DNA of 63,615 nucleotides, filler included, from Phoronis australis (Eukaryota; Animalia; Phoronida): the NCBI GenBank assembly GCA_002633005.1. It is 6 parts of 6 records of this genome, joined end to end, with 100 filler letters (N's around TTAATTAATTAA, not from the genome) between each part and the next. Parts side by side here need not be neighbours in the genome. Positions count along the whole stretch, not along the records: positions 1 to 19,382 come from NMRA01000032.1; positions 19,483 to 21,371 come from NMRA01003908.1; positions 21,472 to 23,519 come from NMRA01003876.1; positions 23,620 to 49,620 come from NMRA01000424.1; 2 more parts are not named here. One strand, given 5' to 3'. The notes beneath the pieces were generated by a model. The model saw nothing but the letters and a program-made list of their open reading frames with translations, searched no databases and was not told the DNA's origin. The first letter of the stretch is position 1. Each line of letters begins with the position of its first letter. Below are positions 11,957 through 25,199 of the stretch, one piece after another. The position numbers and the translations under genes are program-made.

Positions 11957-13033
11957 CGAGCAACACTTTGAGTTTGACAAAATCACATAATTTTGACATC
12001 ATTAGATTCCCCTCGTTGTCCTTATTCCAAAAATGCAAGAATCTGTTCCCCATCATGTTTTCTTACCCTCCATTTATGCTACTATCTGACCGAACAGTTA
12101 CTTCCTTGTTGGACGACCGCCATATTCTCACCGTGACGTCAGAGTGTGAACCGTGGAAACGTCCCGCCCTTCAGTAAGTAACGCTATCACTGGTTCCCTG
12201 CGTGTCTGCTAGGTGGCGGTGAACGCAGAATATAGTGAAAGATGTTCAGTTGTTCAGGAACACTCGAACAAAGGCCTTTTCATTACAGCATGACAATGAG
12301 TGGTTGTCCTTTCTAGAAGGCCTATTCAATATAGAAAATCAAAAACACGTAATACATCTGCACCATTCTCCCAATCATTCTTAACATCGAAATTAAACTC
12401 ATCAAGAAAGTCTTCCAAAAACATATGCATATGTCCCAGTCAAGTTCTCACAACATCCGTGTACTCATGTGCCGAGCTAGGCCTAATCCGTGTGCCTCTA
12501 AGTTTTAATTGTGCGCGATAGCTTTAGTTTTGTCAAAGCAAGCCTGTAATTTCTACTTGTCACTGTCACATAGTCCAGCTAGTAGCCTTCGAAAAAACAT
12601 TGCTTTTAACACAAGTTACGAAATCGGTTCGCTACACTATGAGCAAGAAAAGTATCCTATTACGACGTTTTTAGACCAGGTAGCTTGGTATTTTGAAAAT
12701 CAAAAAGATTCCAAAGGGTACAAGGTGAAAAAAGATGAAAGTTGAGTTTTTCTCTAGTAAAAAGGTACAAAATACAACATTTTTTCATATTTTGTGATTC
12801 AAAAAGTTGAAAGTCGATCTTTAGAATTACAAAAGATACCAACAAACGCGGGTTCAACACATTTTGATGGCCTGAAAATGTTGACAAAAGGTGTTTTTTG
12901 GGCAGAGTCCACAACACACCAAAAGCTGGAGAAATGCACTGTGGGACAGGGTGGGTGTGAAATACAGCAAAGAATGACAAATCACGGGGGGGTAACAGGA
13001 AAGTCACGCAAACAAGTGTAGCGTGTGGCGTGA

Positions 13034-13470
13034 CCCTGTTTGCTGATCATTCGACCCAGGCTTCTGGAATGCAATCTAAAGGGACTCTAATACTTTCAAT
13101 CGTAACACATCGAATTGGCGAGTTTTCCACAATTTCTTGTCATTACACAAAATGTTCATGGATGGGGCCATTTTGAAGATGCATAGATAACCGATGGGAA
13201 AGACAGCAAACCGTCGGACCAATGTAACATTGCTTGACATTTGAACGAAAACATTCGTCCGTAGCGCATACAATCTCACAAAAAATCTACTTTCGCTTTA
13301 GAAATGTTATTTTTCATGACAAAGTTGGAGGATTTCCTATTCCGATAATAAATAATGAAATCGAGATAATCATCGGGCTTACAAACTTTAACATTACCCC
13401 TAATGATTTCTTTAATGGCATGTTTGTCCTGGAGGTAATTATTGGACATAACATTTTTGTAAAATGCCTT
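13034..13470 (-). mobile_element. Penelope-like retroelement relic (linker and GIY-YIG endonuclease region)
   Basis: Frameshifted translation FYKNVMSNNY...IIRGNVK...IIYYRNRKSSNFVMKNN...CYIGPT..LSHRLSMHLQNGPIHEH...RLKVLESL*IAFQKPGSNDQQTG. Confidence 0.75.
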
Positions 13471-16400
13471 TTTTGGTCACACCGGTCCGACGTACACAAT
13501 TAATTTTGGGCGTGAGTCGACTAATATGACGGTCTACAAAAGTATTGGTGTAGCCATGATTCACCAGGGTTTATACCATCTATCTCTGGACTGAACCAAC
13601 AACCAATCAGACGACACCAAATACGCCCTCCGATATAACAATAAACTCTGTGTTTTAACGAATCTGTTGTTAATGAAAATTTTCGTGCAATATAGCCGTC
13701 AATTATTTTTCATATGTTGTCTTGGTAACAGGCGGCGTCACATCCTGTAGCGGAGAGCACGGTAACCATTGGCGTCACTGTTTTATGCGTTCCGTATCGA
13801 GACACTTTTTGTCCAGTATCATACCCCCTGCTGTGTGACATGGTTGCCTAGTGTCAGAACTACGCTCCGGCATCATGGAGTTGTGAAGCCCTGATGATGC
13901 ATTGATTGCTTGATCTACAGCCATTGATGTACTTTTCAGAACAAACAGTTCGGCCGATCTGCTGCAACGCATATTAATATTGACCGAATTAAACATAGTG
14001 TGCCGTCAGAATGATAAAAAAGTATTTTGCCACAGATCCGGGATGCCATCATTTATTTTTCACGTAGAACTTAATCACATGAAAAAAGCAAAAATTGCAA
14101 CGTTGTTAAGCATAGAATTGATGGCTGTTCTATTTTCTTTCTCAAGTCAAATCGTCCACTTGGTTCAGTTTTGTATTTTCTGTCTAATATTTTTTGGGGG
14201 AAGAGCGTGCTGCGCAGGTCCAAATTATTACAACCATAAATACATAGAGAATCTCTATTTCATTAATCACAACCGCTCAAACTGTCACAAATGTGAGAAA
14301 TCATCATTTGTGTACATTACAAACGAAGCATGTCGTAACGATTACCTTCACTCGTGATGTCTTCCGTCTCCTTAACACAACTCTGGGGTAGAACCAAGCC
14401 CGAGAAAGGGTACTGCGATCACGTGCTTCGCTTGTAATGTTTGACGAAATCTCTGAAAGATTTTCGTGAAATGTATTTTCAATGAGATCACGTGACCATC
14501 TCTAGAAACAGCTAGGGTAACTTCAACGAACCTCCAAAATAATACCTCTCTGCAACATAAACTATTACCGTTGAGTCAATTTTTGGGAACGTTTCATGCA
14601 ACCGGGCACTAGTCTCTTTCGAAATTATTGATTGTTCCCAAGTGAATGCTTCCAGGAGGACCCCAGGGAGTATCTTGGTAAAATATTATGGTGTTCTTTG
14701 CAAACTTGTATTGCCGTCAGCACCGTACAAATTTAGCAGTTATGGGCAGTAAGAGAAATATTTCATTTTGTTGGCAGTAGTGTGGTTGTATGACTAGAGA
14801 TTTCAGGCGACGTTGCTGTTGGCATATGGTCAATTTGAAATAGTTTAATAGTTGTTTGAAAATTTTAAGAAAATGTTAAGATCTTCACGATTTCACATAT
14901 ACCAAACATGCAAGTAAATCAGAAAAGAAATGCGTGGGGATTTTTTTGAACCCTGTCTCCTCTCCAATTATGCTCCGGTAGCGGCTTTTTCTTGACGTGA
15001 GATGTTTCGAAACTTTATGGTTATTATAACAGTTTAATTTTGATGGTTGGTCATGAATTTAACCCGTAAGAAATGAAGATTCTAAATTTGATGTTCGGGA
15101 TTGGAGCGCGAATTCGAGTAAATATAAGTGTGGGAAGATTTCCTCTCCTCCAGTCGCCACCGATGCCAATATCTGCCCACGTCGTTACTGAATTCTACCA
15201 CCAGTTTCATCTGGTCGCCATCACAATACATACCCTTAATCGCCACCATGTTCTCCCCGCCCTCCATCTCGCCGGATTCTACCTGGCAACCCCCTATCTC
15301 ACCAAATTCTGTCCCCTCTAAAAATTTTTACTGAAAATTGNCCCCCTCCCGTCTTCTGTGTTGTGTTGTCTGCTCCAATCCTTACAGTATGTTATATATG
15401 AGGTGCCTAATTTGCTGTCGTTGCGGCTTCTCGATAACCAGTGCGTCATGCTATTGAATGCTCCGCTGTCTGAATTTCTTTCTTGTTTTGCCAATGTTTT
15501 CCATAATGATTTGCTTGTCAAGTTACCCCCTTCAAAAAAAAAGCTTATTCTTAACCATGTTGAAAAGGATACCAAAGCGTTTGAATTGTGATCTCCACGG
15601 TTACAATTATGAGATGTGGAATTATAAAACTTTGTATTAAACTATGAGACAATTCCGATCACTTCCATAAACTACAGGCGTATGTTATCTTCCGTAAGCA
15701 GAACGACTTCTACTAGGCTGCTGAGCGTTGGCTACATGCTCACAATGACCATGCGGGTTGTACAAGTGCAACACCACATGGTGTCAGCTAAAACGTGTTA
15801 CTGGCTGTGATGATCGAGACTGGCTTCCACAATAATTTTCCAAAATCAACAATTGCGTGTGAATGGGGACTAAATCTTTAAACGTTCAGGTAATCTAAGA
15901 CTGCATTTAACTAACAATATCTATCAGCGTTTCGGAGAATATCGTGAAACCTGACAGCTTCATTTTAAACTAATTCGACATTTCTCAGATATGACAACCC
16001 AAGGTTGGCCATTTTAACATTTTCATGGACTTTTGACATACTTTTGCGATCTTTTGGCGCTGGAACACAGATTTTTATAAATCAAGTTATGTAAGAAACT
16101 ACTGTAACGGCTATAGAACGTGCCTTTCTCAAATGAAGCACCTCAGCAAAAGCTCAGTTATTCCAATGGGAACACTGATTTGAAGTCGTGACGTTTTTCC
16201 TGAACTACGATAACATTGTTATCGTCGCCACAATCAAGCTGCTTTGACTAATTGTAGAGACTTGAGCTTGCATTATACGCTATTTTGGATGCAAATATTG
16301 GCAAATATGAAAGTTCAATTTACCTGCAGCACTTGCATTATTCACCCGTTTGTTTATGATTTGCCCCTATTCGTTCGGAAACAAAAGACATTATTAAAAA

Positions 16401-17386
16401 AGGAGAGAGCTACGACGACCAGCATCAGCGAATTTCGCGCTCCGGCTTGCAAGCCAACACAAACCTACGGTGGCTGGGAAAGGATATGGCAACAATTGAT
16501 TTTTTCCTAACCCGAGCGCCGACTTATGAGCACAGCGTCCTTCTGATTCGTCGAGTTCAAAGATTCAGCTACGTCGTGAGCGAGTAGCAGTTAAAAGTTA
16601 AACTACACACAGTTTTTTGCGAAGCTAGGATTTGTTACAAGGACTATGTCAGTACTTTTGAAGCATTTCTTGCTCCTGAGGATGTGGAGCTCAGAAAACG
16701 CATCTCCAAATTAAGTTTGGCGCTCAGATTCGTACGACAAATTAAAAGTGACTTGTGCAAATGGCTGTATTGGTGTTTTCACGTTACATTATATGGTTAC
16801 AAGCAAGCACTGTACCACTAACAGCGATTCGGGATTTGGAGCACCATTTTCTGTATAGCCGTCGAATAGCCACTCGTGTTTGGGAATACTTAATTCGAGA
16901 GCAGAACTCTGAATATTGGATAGCCTTTTCACGAGAGCTGGTGATGAAAAAGACAAAGTTGGTTTGATTCTGCTTCGTGGATATTATATAGGTAATAAAA
17001 ATTTATACTTATTAACATAGGCGTATCTATACCCCTCCGAACGCTTGTCTGTCCTGTTCAGTTGTAGGGGTTCTTCAAAATGATATCTTGGCCTGGAGGG
17101 GGGCGCTTTAAATGACGGGTACAGGTATTATTACTTTAGGCAGAGGACTTAAAACTGGCGTCCGTCTTACATTTCAGTGACTGCGCAGTAATCTCAACCC
17201 TAACACGGTGTTACGATCATTTATATCCGATGAAGTTTGTGATCAGTAAATAAATAATGAAGCAGTCCTTGAATAAAGAATGAAAAAGATCACTCGTATT
17301 TTTGTAATTTTTTGTTGGCCGCGGAATAGGCTTCCTCTCGGCCTAAACCAGCCTACCATTAGCAGGGCTCTTATGTATACGTGGGA

Positions 17387-17652
17387 CAGTGGCGGATCTA
17401 GAATATCACAAGGGGGCCCAACATTTTGTCTGTAAACATTTGCGCAAAGCACGATTGTAGATGCGCATAGCACCGAATGGGGAGAGGTCTAAAAATCAAG
17501 CATTTTCCTTGATTCCTGAAGTATTATCCAAGAAAAAAATAAAAAATACGAGAACGTATCAAACAGGAAAAACTGAAATAACCACAGACTTGATCTCACC
17601 ACTGCACCACCACGATTTAGCTCCTGGGCCCCCCCGCCTATATCCGCCTATG
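17387..17652 (+). mobile_element. Complete MITE with imperfect TIRs and a 6-bp TSD
   Basis: CAGTGGCGGAT...ATCCGCCTATG flanked on both sides by GTGGGA; second copy at 325-615. Confidence 0.8.
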
Positions 17653-17791
17653 GTGGGATAAGACTGAATAAGCAGTTTTGATTACACAACCGCAAAACTG
17701 TACTTCTTTGTGCAAAGTCTTCTTGCTTAAACTGAGTGAGTATCCGTACTTTTCATCATTTTTTATAGCGCAACTCTTTCCATATTTTCAG

Positions 17792-18096
17792 GATAAATTG
17801 CATGAGGTGAGTATACTTTAGAACACACACACCATCAGGAAGTACAACAATGCCCGTTTCCATCATGGACCCGACTCATTTCATAATGTATCACGTACCA
17901 GAGATCTATGATGCTGAAATTTATCTCCCTGAACTCAGTGATGGGAAGGGTGTACGGAGTGTTGATTCGAAACTCAGTATCCAAGAATATGTACGATTTA
18001 CGCTGCTTAATTATGGCCGACCTTGGCCTCACAATAGGCCTACCTAATGACCTGGACGAGGTTAAACATTTCTGTATAACCCCCAGAGGCGCATTT
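17792..18096 (+). pseudogene. 3' exon relic of an integrase-core DDE transposase (IS3EU-like)
   Basis: After acceptor TTTTCAG: DKLHEVSIL*NTHTIRK...MYHVPEIYDAEIYL...MYDLRCLIMADLGL...PNDLDEV, matching the recalled pattern EL.EV...WN.H.IR...MY..PE.Y...YL...IM.E.GL..P.D. Superfamily label tentative. Confidence 0.55.
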
Positions 18097-19382
18097 TATC
18101 ATACTTGCGGCATAAAAAATATCAAATGTTCGGAACACAACTATTGCGAACTAACTTCACAGATGCTATTATTTTTACAAAATCTTACTATATCGTAGTA
18201 GGCTACATGTAGGACCTGTGTTCTCTGATCATGTATTTTCCATCTTGTGTGTGATGGCCTCAAACGTGTTAGGAAAATGAATTTAATACATCTTTTGTAA
18301 ATTGTAAAAGGTTGGGCGAATTCTGTCTTTGACTTGGCTTAAGATTCTTGAAACACCATGTAACACTGCACCACAGTTATTTTGGTCATTGTTTGATTGA
18401 AAATACATGTTAGTGTTTCTAGGAGTCCACAAAATACTCACAGTTAACGCAACGCCGGTAGTTTTAATTCAGTTCCCCACCACCGTCGTTAATAGTTTCA
18501 CATTTGGCCATTGTGGTTAAGACTTCTGGCAACGCTAATGCAAATATTCTTGTTCCGTATTTAATAAAGAAATGCACTTGTTACTGTTTGAAATCAGTAC
18601 ATTTTTGGGGCACGTTGCTGAATGTTTGAACCTTCAGCTTGACGTAATTAGCGCTGCGAGATACTTTAGAATGTGGCTCGCCTAATTTACAATATTTTCA
18701 TCATAAAGGCGATAGGTTTCTTTATTCTTGTTCCGAGTTCGGAAGCAAGGAAACAATGCTATTTTAAACTCCGTTGCATCCACGGTCAACATTCGACAAT
18801 CCAGAATAAACGGGATAACTGGATTGAATAGCAGAACTTCTGAGTCTAAGGCAAAACGCAAGGGTGATGTTTTCCCCGCGACCCACAAAAACGTCCCGAC
18901 AACGTCTTCCGTCGAACGCGAAACGCAATATCCAAAAGTGCCCGGCTGCGTTTAGCCGAATGGGAAACTGTGGATACCGTAAAAAACATGAAACTTCTGT
19001 TTTTCCATTTTTTCGAACGGGGGATATATGGCCATGTTGCGTGGAAATTATAATAATATGTCACTTTTGCATTGTCTCAAAAAGCGGAACGTTTTGATGG
19101 CACGGTGGGCTGGCGCAAAAAATAAAAAATCAGATAGTATCTTGTACGCTGTCACCAACACAAAGAATTGGATTGGATTTTTTTACAATGTCAACATTTC
19201 ATTTCTTAGAATTTTATTTCATGTGAGGATTACAAATAACAGTAGTTCTGAACGGGCAGAAATTGAATTAAGAAAAAACTGCATCTGGGCAACATGTAAA
19301 CATTGCACAAATGAATTATTATAGGAACAACTGAAAACATTAATAATATGTACATACGCACGCACACATACACGCGCGCGCG

Positions 19383-19482
19383 NNNNNNNNNNNNNNNNNN
19401 NNNNNNNNNNNNNNNNNNNNNNNNNNTTAATTAATTAANNNNNNNNNNNNNNNNNNNNNNNNNNNNNNNNNNNNNNNNNNNN
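19383..19482. other. Artificial assembly spacer
   Basis: N44-TTAATTAATTAA-N44 (stop codons in all six frames). Confidence 0.98.
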
Positions 19483-20063
19483 GCTGGATTAGGTCTGCCT
19501 TGGAAGGAGGAGGTTTGAACTCCAAATGGAAGGACTGGATTGACGTCTTGACAGGAAGGAATGACAAATAACGACTTTAATACAGATGCCCAACAGTTTA
19601 ATGTTGCTCATCGAAAACTACTGCAGAAAACCTACATCACTTTTAAAATACCGACTATTTACTGTACCAATAAGTATGCTTAAGTTTTCATAATACTTTG
19701 AACACAGCAATCAGTGAACAAATGCACAATCTCATCAATGACCTTTTTAACGAGTTGCTGTGGCCTGTTTGGCAACATTTGCGACACATTTGAGTGGCTA
19801 GCCACCTGTTTGAAAAAAGTGGACAGTTTGGAAAAAGCCAGTCATCAGTAAATTTCCTCCATTAACTGTTGTGAAAAATCACGCTCGTCTAATTATTGCT
19901 AAAAGCTTTCCTTTGCTCATTTTCAATGGTTGGTAAACATTCAAATTAATGCTCTGCAAGCCTGGAAATAAGACATTTCAAGAAAATGAAGGTGCATGCT
20001 TACTCGTACAAGACATACAAAACTTAAGCCCACAGATCCGATGTTCAAAGGATTTACCTTAAG

Positions 20064-21371
20064 CAGGGCTCAACACTAACGGTTGCCCGATTGCCCGTGT
20101 ACATGTAGATTTTGCGTCGGGCAAGTGGAATTTGAAAAGTACTTGCCCGATGGGCAAGTTAAAAAGCTAGCCGCATAGACAAGTAGATCCTAAGATTGTC
20201 TGCTCGACATTTGCTCCAAAGTAACGAACCCCGACACAAGCCTAAAAACCGTCGAAAAGTCCCTGTTGCCGTCAAAGAAACTCCCGTCTTCGAATGAGGA
20301 CCGAAAGGAAAATAGATCGAGTGTTATGCAGCGTGCACAGATGACACTCGCGATCATATCCTTTCGATTCTCTGAACGTGCCCTGCAGTTTCTGAATAAG
20401 TTGTCACGTGATACTACTGATCGTCTGCACTCTGGCAAAACGTCTTAACATGGACGGCATTGGTTTAGTTGCTAAAAAACAAGTTCAGGAAGAATCAAAG
20501 CAATAATATGAAACGAAAAAAGTGCGGGGATGGGTTCCATCATGGGAAATTAGGTTTTCTGGCCTGCGAGACAGTGAACAATGGACGACGTTTGATTTTT
20601 GCCGGCGTTTATCCATGTATAGCTGGAAGCACCGCGTTCGTCAGCGGATGTAAGTCATACAGATAAGCGCAAAAGCTAAAAAGTGAAGGATTGACGACAT
20701 ATTTTCTACACTACACAGCAGTTTAAAAGGCCTGGTATTCATTCAGGGGGAATTCCAAAGGACATTCTCATGAATTCCCGGCTCCCAGTGGCGACTCCCG
20801 AAAGAAGAGGAATACGATGCGGTCTTCGGGATTGTCGTTCTGAAGTCTGAAGGGTGACTTTTTCGCGGTCTATCTGTTTTTCAAAAATGTAATTATTTAT
20901 TGAAAATAAAAGTATATGTGGCATTATTATATGTTAAAATTTGATTTTAATTTAATACAAGCTACCGATGACCAAAACTGTGCAAGATTTTTACGGATAG
21001 CAAAAAATGAAATTCAGGTTAGCAACAACTCAAATTTTATGCACGAGGGCGTATAAACTAATGAATACACAGAAGTGGCTAGAGTTCATGCCCTAGCTCA
21101 TTTCGGCGCCTGTGAACGTGTGAAAATGGTTCAGATACCATAGTTACTCTTTTAATTTGTCTCTCTAGTGTTTTGACACACATTATAAATAAATGTTCTA
21201 TAAGAAGAATCGATACAAGAGGAGGCTCAGCACAGGCAGCCCTACGGTAACACATTACCTAGGTGTGCACATGCACGGTGCTATTTGGGATTGTACTTGG
21301 GGCAAGTGAATTCGTTGTTCGGGCAAGTAAAAATTTCAGCAAGTGGCTTAAAAAGTTAATGTTTAGCCCTG
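20064..21371 (+). mobile_element. Internally deleted hAT-like DNA transposon
   Basis: TIRs CAGGGCTCAACACTAAC and GTTAATGTTTAGCCCTG; multiple subterminal GGGCAAG/TTGCCC motifs; 20500-20665 gives decayed YETKKVRGWVPSWEIRFSGLRD...FCR/YPCIAGSTAFVSGC, like ZNF862-type hAT N-terminal zinc fingers. Right TSD lost in the gap. Confidence 0.75.
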
Positions 21372-21471
21372 NNNNNNNNNNNNNNNNNNNNNNNNNNNNN
21401 NNNNNNNNNNNNNNNTTAATTAATTAANNNNNNNNNNNNNNNNNNNNNNNNNNNNNNNNNNNNNNNNNNNN
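21372..21471. other. Artificial assembly spacer
   Basis: N44-TTAATTAATTAA-N44. Confidence 0.98.
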
Positions 21472-22303
21472 CAGCGTCTCACGCTTGTATCCAAAGCCGA
21501 ATTAAGTCTTATTTCAAAAGTTTCAGATCCATAAAGGATTCACAGTCAAGCTATCCAAAGGTAACCACTCACGCAAAGTGCAGTGGCAAAATGAACCCTC
21601 AGTTCGTGCCCATGGTACCGCAGGTGGTTTCGTGGAACCTTAAGCTTTATGTACAGCTAACAGTGTTCTTACTATTGGGGACGCGTGAGTATACGATTAC
21701 AGTTACCTGAAGTGTCGCAGAAGACAACTAAAACCGACATCATTTATGAGCTTTTGTTTAACTCTTCAATAAATATACACATCCTTCGGCTTTGGCTCGT
21801 GCTTTCATGCTCGTTCTCGCCTCGCCCTGTTCCCTTGACACCTATCACTGTCGAGCACTCTTATTTCTACTCCTTCCTCTAAAATTTCCGATGTCTTTAC
21901 ATTACCGTCGGGCAACAATCGGAGTAGTGCACTATGGGAGCTCCAAACCAAAAATAAGAATGGTTGGTGGAAAGAAATATGAAACTTGAGGACGCCATGG
22001 TCTTTGTTTGATCTTGAAACACTAGGACTGGAATGACAACTACGATCTTATGCTGATGTGATTACCCCGCATGAGTGGAATTTGTTTGCTTTTTCTGGTA
22101 CCTCTTGGTATGGAATACAGGGCGTATAGGTTGGACTGTTTGTTTAATTAGAACGAATAAATTGCTCGTATAGCTCCTTAAACCAAAATACCTTCCCAAC
22201 CAATTTCACGTAATGGTTGAATGTTTGCCAAGGCATACAAAACTTTCCGTTACCGCGTTTAGCCAACGGTAGGCGAAACGCCTAAAACTACTGGACGGCA
22301 TTT

Positions 22304-22450
22304 TTGCGGTCCCTTCTCTACGCCGCCTGTCGCCGCCTTGTACAACCTAAAATCATCGCTAAAACGTGGAAGCATGACGGTAACGTAACAATACAGCTGC
22401 ATGATAACAGGATAAAGCAGGTTTCCTCAGAAAGTGACCTTCTAGTGTTA
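22304..22450 (+). mobile_element. Fragment of CR1/L2-type LINE ORF1 C-terminus
   Basis: RSLLYAACRRLVQPKIIAKTWKHDGNVTIQLHDNRIKQVSSESDL resembles the LL..AR.L....I...W..DG.I......I.S..DL motif. Confidence 0.5.
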
Positions 22451-23519
22451 GAANAGGATCAGGTAATTGTCCTGTCCACTGATACTTATTCAGTTTTCTC
22501 CCTTATGTAATACCAGATCACGCTCAAGTTACCTCTCTATCAGTGTTGGTGCACTCTATACAGGTCCGTAGCGATCACAACACCTTATACTGACCACAGG
22601 CAATGGTAATGCATCAAATTCTTAATCTGCATCTAAATCATTCTTGCTTGGAGCATGGGTTTTGTTGCTTATTGCCTCTTACTGTTTCCCAGTTGCACCA
22701 TTACCAAAAGTGTAGTATAGAATCTTTGCAGCTGCCTACAGTATGTATTTATGTGGTATTTTTGGTTGTCGTTAAAACATGTTTCCCACATTTTTATTGA
22801 ATGTGTGACGGAATTGTACATTGCATGATAATCACATAAAACAATGATTCTTATATGTGAGCTCGGGCCTTAGTGACTGTCTCTTATATAATAAATTTTT
22901 TTCTGACTTTGTGTTTCTCAGAACGTTGATTTTGTGGACAACTCCAAACCAAATTGTCTGTCAGGATAAATTTACACGTCACTAATTTTGTGTGGCATTT
23001 CTGTTCGGTCACGTTATTGACACCTCTCCCTCACTATAATATTGATTTTAATTTCTAGGCACTTGTTCTGTTCTCTGTCAGTCAGGTGCAGAATCTACAA
23101 CTACATGTGATTTTTGTTGTGGGTTTCAGAATGATTCCCCATATCATTAATTAGTTATTACTGTTTTAGCTTGCCCGTGAAAAAATCACGTTGAGCACTG
23201 TCTGTCACCATAATTTAGTTGAAATCAAGTTGAAATAATCCCAGTGAAAACTGGTGTTTCAATCTGTGAGAAAGTTTAGTTCAATTCAGAAGACACCACC
23301 GAACACATGAGCTGATCAGACATTACTGGGTGGCCTATTGTGGTAAGAACTCATAGCATTTATCAATTCTAAAGCCTGTTACAGCTAAGTTATCCATAGT
23401 GAGAGATCTTCAATACATTTTTTTGTATTTTCTTCAGCGATTTTGAGTGTTCAAACTCTTATTTTTAACTTTCTTTTGTCCGTTAGTATTTGGTCATATT
23501 CCCTCTGTACATATCTTTA

Positions 23520-23619
23520 NNNNNNNNNNNNNNNNNNNNNNNNNNNNNNNNNNNNNNNNNNNNTTAATTAATTAANNNNNNNNNNNNNNNNNNNNNNNNN
23601 NNNNNNNNNNNNNNNNNNN
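23520..23619. other. Artificial assembly spacer
   Basis: N44-TTAATTAATTAA-N44. Confidence 0.98.
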
Positions 23620-23972
23620 AGGTTGATTCGATTTTACCTCCATTTAATAGTTGAACAAAATTTGATAAACCGATGTCAAGACCGGAGTTGCCACTGCTAA
23701 ACGAACAGCGAACAGTTAAATGTTTGTTTGTCCAAAGTTCACCCGCTAAGTCATAAAATGCTAATTGCCGACCAAGGACACGCTTAATCCGAATTGGTCG
23801 TCTACTCTAGGCGACCAATTAGCCGACCCAAGTGCCGACCACAGAGGCGACTAAGCAGACGGCTCCTAGCCGACCGTTGTTGGTCGGCTGGTGGTCGGCT
23901 AGACGACCGGTCGACGGCCGGTCGTCGACCAATTTCCGACCGGTCGGCCAAAAATTCGTGATGTGTGCTGTA
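23620..23972 (-). mobile_element. Terminal arm of a TA-flanked (Tc1/mariner-like) non-autonomous element rich in CCGAC/GTCGG palindromes
   Basis: Ends GATGTGTGCTG-TA; near-identical reverse complement of 29075-29416. Confidence 0.75.
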
Positions 23973-24523
23973 CCTGTTGACGGTCAACGTTAATTTTGTT
24001 ATTGCTTTTTGGTCAAACCATTAACACGTGTACTACAAAAAAGAACTTTTTCACATAACTGCAAAGTCCATACATGTAAGTACTCTTAAAACAGTTGTGT
24101 TATCATCTATTCTCAATATTCTAGGCAAGGTCCAAAGAAGGTGTGCCAACCATTAAACGACAGGAGTTGCCCTCAGTGCATAGACGCCGTAATGGTAAAC
24201 AGCATTGTAATTTAATAAAGCATTTAATCAGGGAAATAAATGCCTTTCGGACGCCTGTAACTTTTAGAACGAATCTGTCATAACCCCACCCCCAACTAAA
24301 ATTAAATGCATGACTACAAAAATGCAAAATACCAGTGTGACAGTGCATTACAAATAGGGACTCTTTCCAATTAAAATTTTCAAAATACAGATATATAAAT
24401 ACGTCACTGTAGTGTTTACGGCAGACAGTTTAACAAGTGGTCAGAAGACTTAAAAATCTTCAATTTAAAGACATGTTGTAAAACAAGACGAAACGGAAAT
24501 CTTTGCACCGTACTTTTTTCTAG

Positions 24524-24612
24524 TGGGTCAGATATCGTGCACCTTTGACGATGGTGGACTTTGCGGGTGGACACAAGCGACTGATGACGACTTCGACTGG
24601 TCACCACACTCA
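24524..24612 (+). CDS. MAM-domain protein, exon A (start of MAM1)
   Basis: ttttttctag/...gtaagg; GQISCTFDDGGLCGWTQATDDDFDWSPHS; phase 1 to 0. Confidence 0.9.
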
Positions 24613-25075
24613 GTAAGGCGATCTTAACAACTAGGCAATTCATCCTATTATGAAATGAGATTTTCAAATATCAAATAATTAACTTTTTTGTCTTACTAAC
24701 TTTGAAATAATGTTCGTGTATCGCAGTAGTGCTTGAATTACTGTGTCCTTCAGGAAATGGAGCGCCATTTGGCATGACTCAGTCTATAGAACATGGATAC
24801 TCTAAACACTTAGCAATTGAAAAGAACCTTCTCTGTGATATTTAAGTCCTAAAGGGACCAAATGGATAGTTTATGCTTTTGTGAACTGTTGTTGAGTATG
24901 TTTTCTTTTTGCAATTCTGGTGCTATCTCGTGAAAGGTTCAATTTTATGTGTCCTTTGCAGGATTTAGGATAGAAATACAATTACTACGTCTGAAAGAAT
25001 AAGCAATGCTATAACTAATGTTGTTAGTCCGTAAGTCGAACTTTGTGCGCTCTGATCACCTTGTGCTATTTCTAG

Positions 25076-25199
25076 GGTCCAACTCCAACCAGACTCACAG
25101 GTCCTAACGGTGGGGATCAGAACACAAGTTACATCTACACGGAAGCAAGTGGAGTTAACAATTTCGCCAAAGCCAGGATTTTTACAAACTACTTTCCGG
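25076..25199 (+). CDS. MAM-domain protein, exon B
   Basis: tttctag/...gtacag; GPTPTRLTGPNGGDQNTSYIYTEASGVNNFAKARIFTNYFP; phase 0 to 1. Confidence 0.88.

Noticed and set aside
13891-13897. CTGATGA near the Penelope relic as a hammerhead ribozyme core
   Set aside because: No stem II or GAAA in register.
17792-17806. 15-nt ATG-containing micro-exon (ag/GATAAATTGCATGAG/gtgagt) as the MAM gene start
   Set aside because: The frame reads on into the transposase relic (DKLHEV...NTHTIR), which explains it better.
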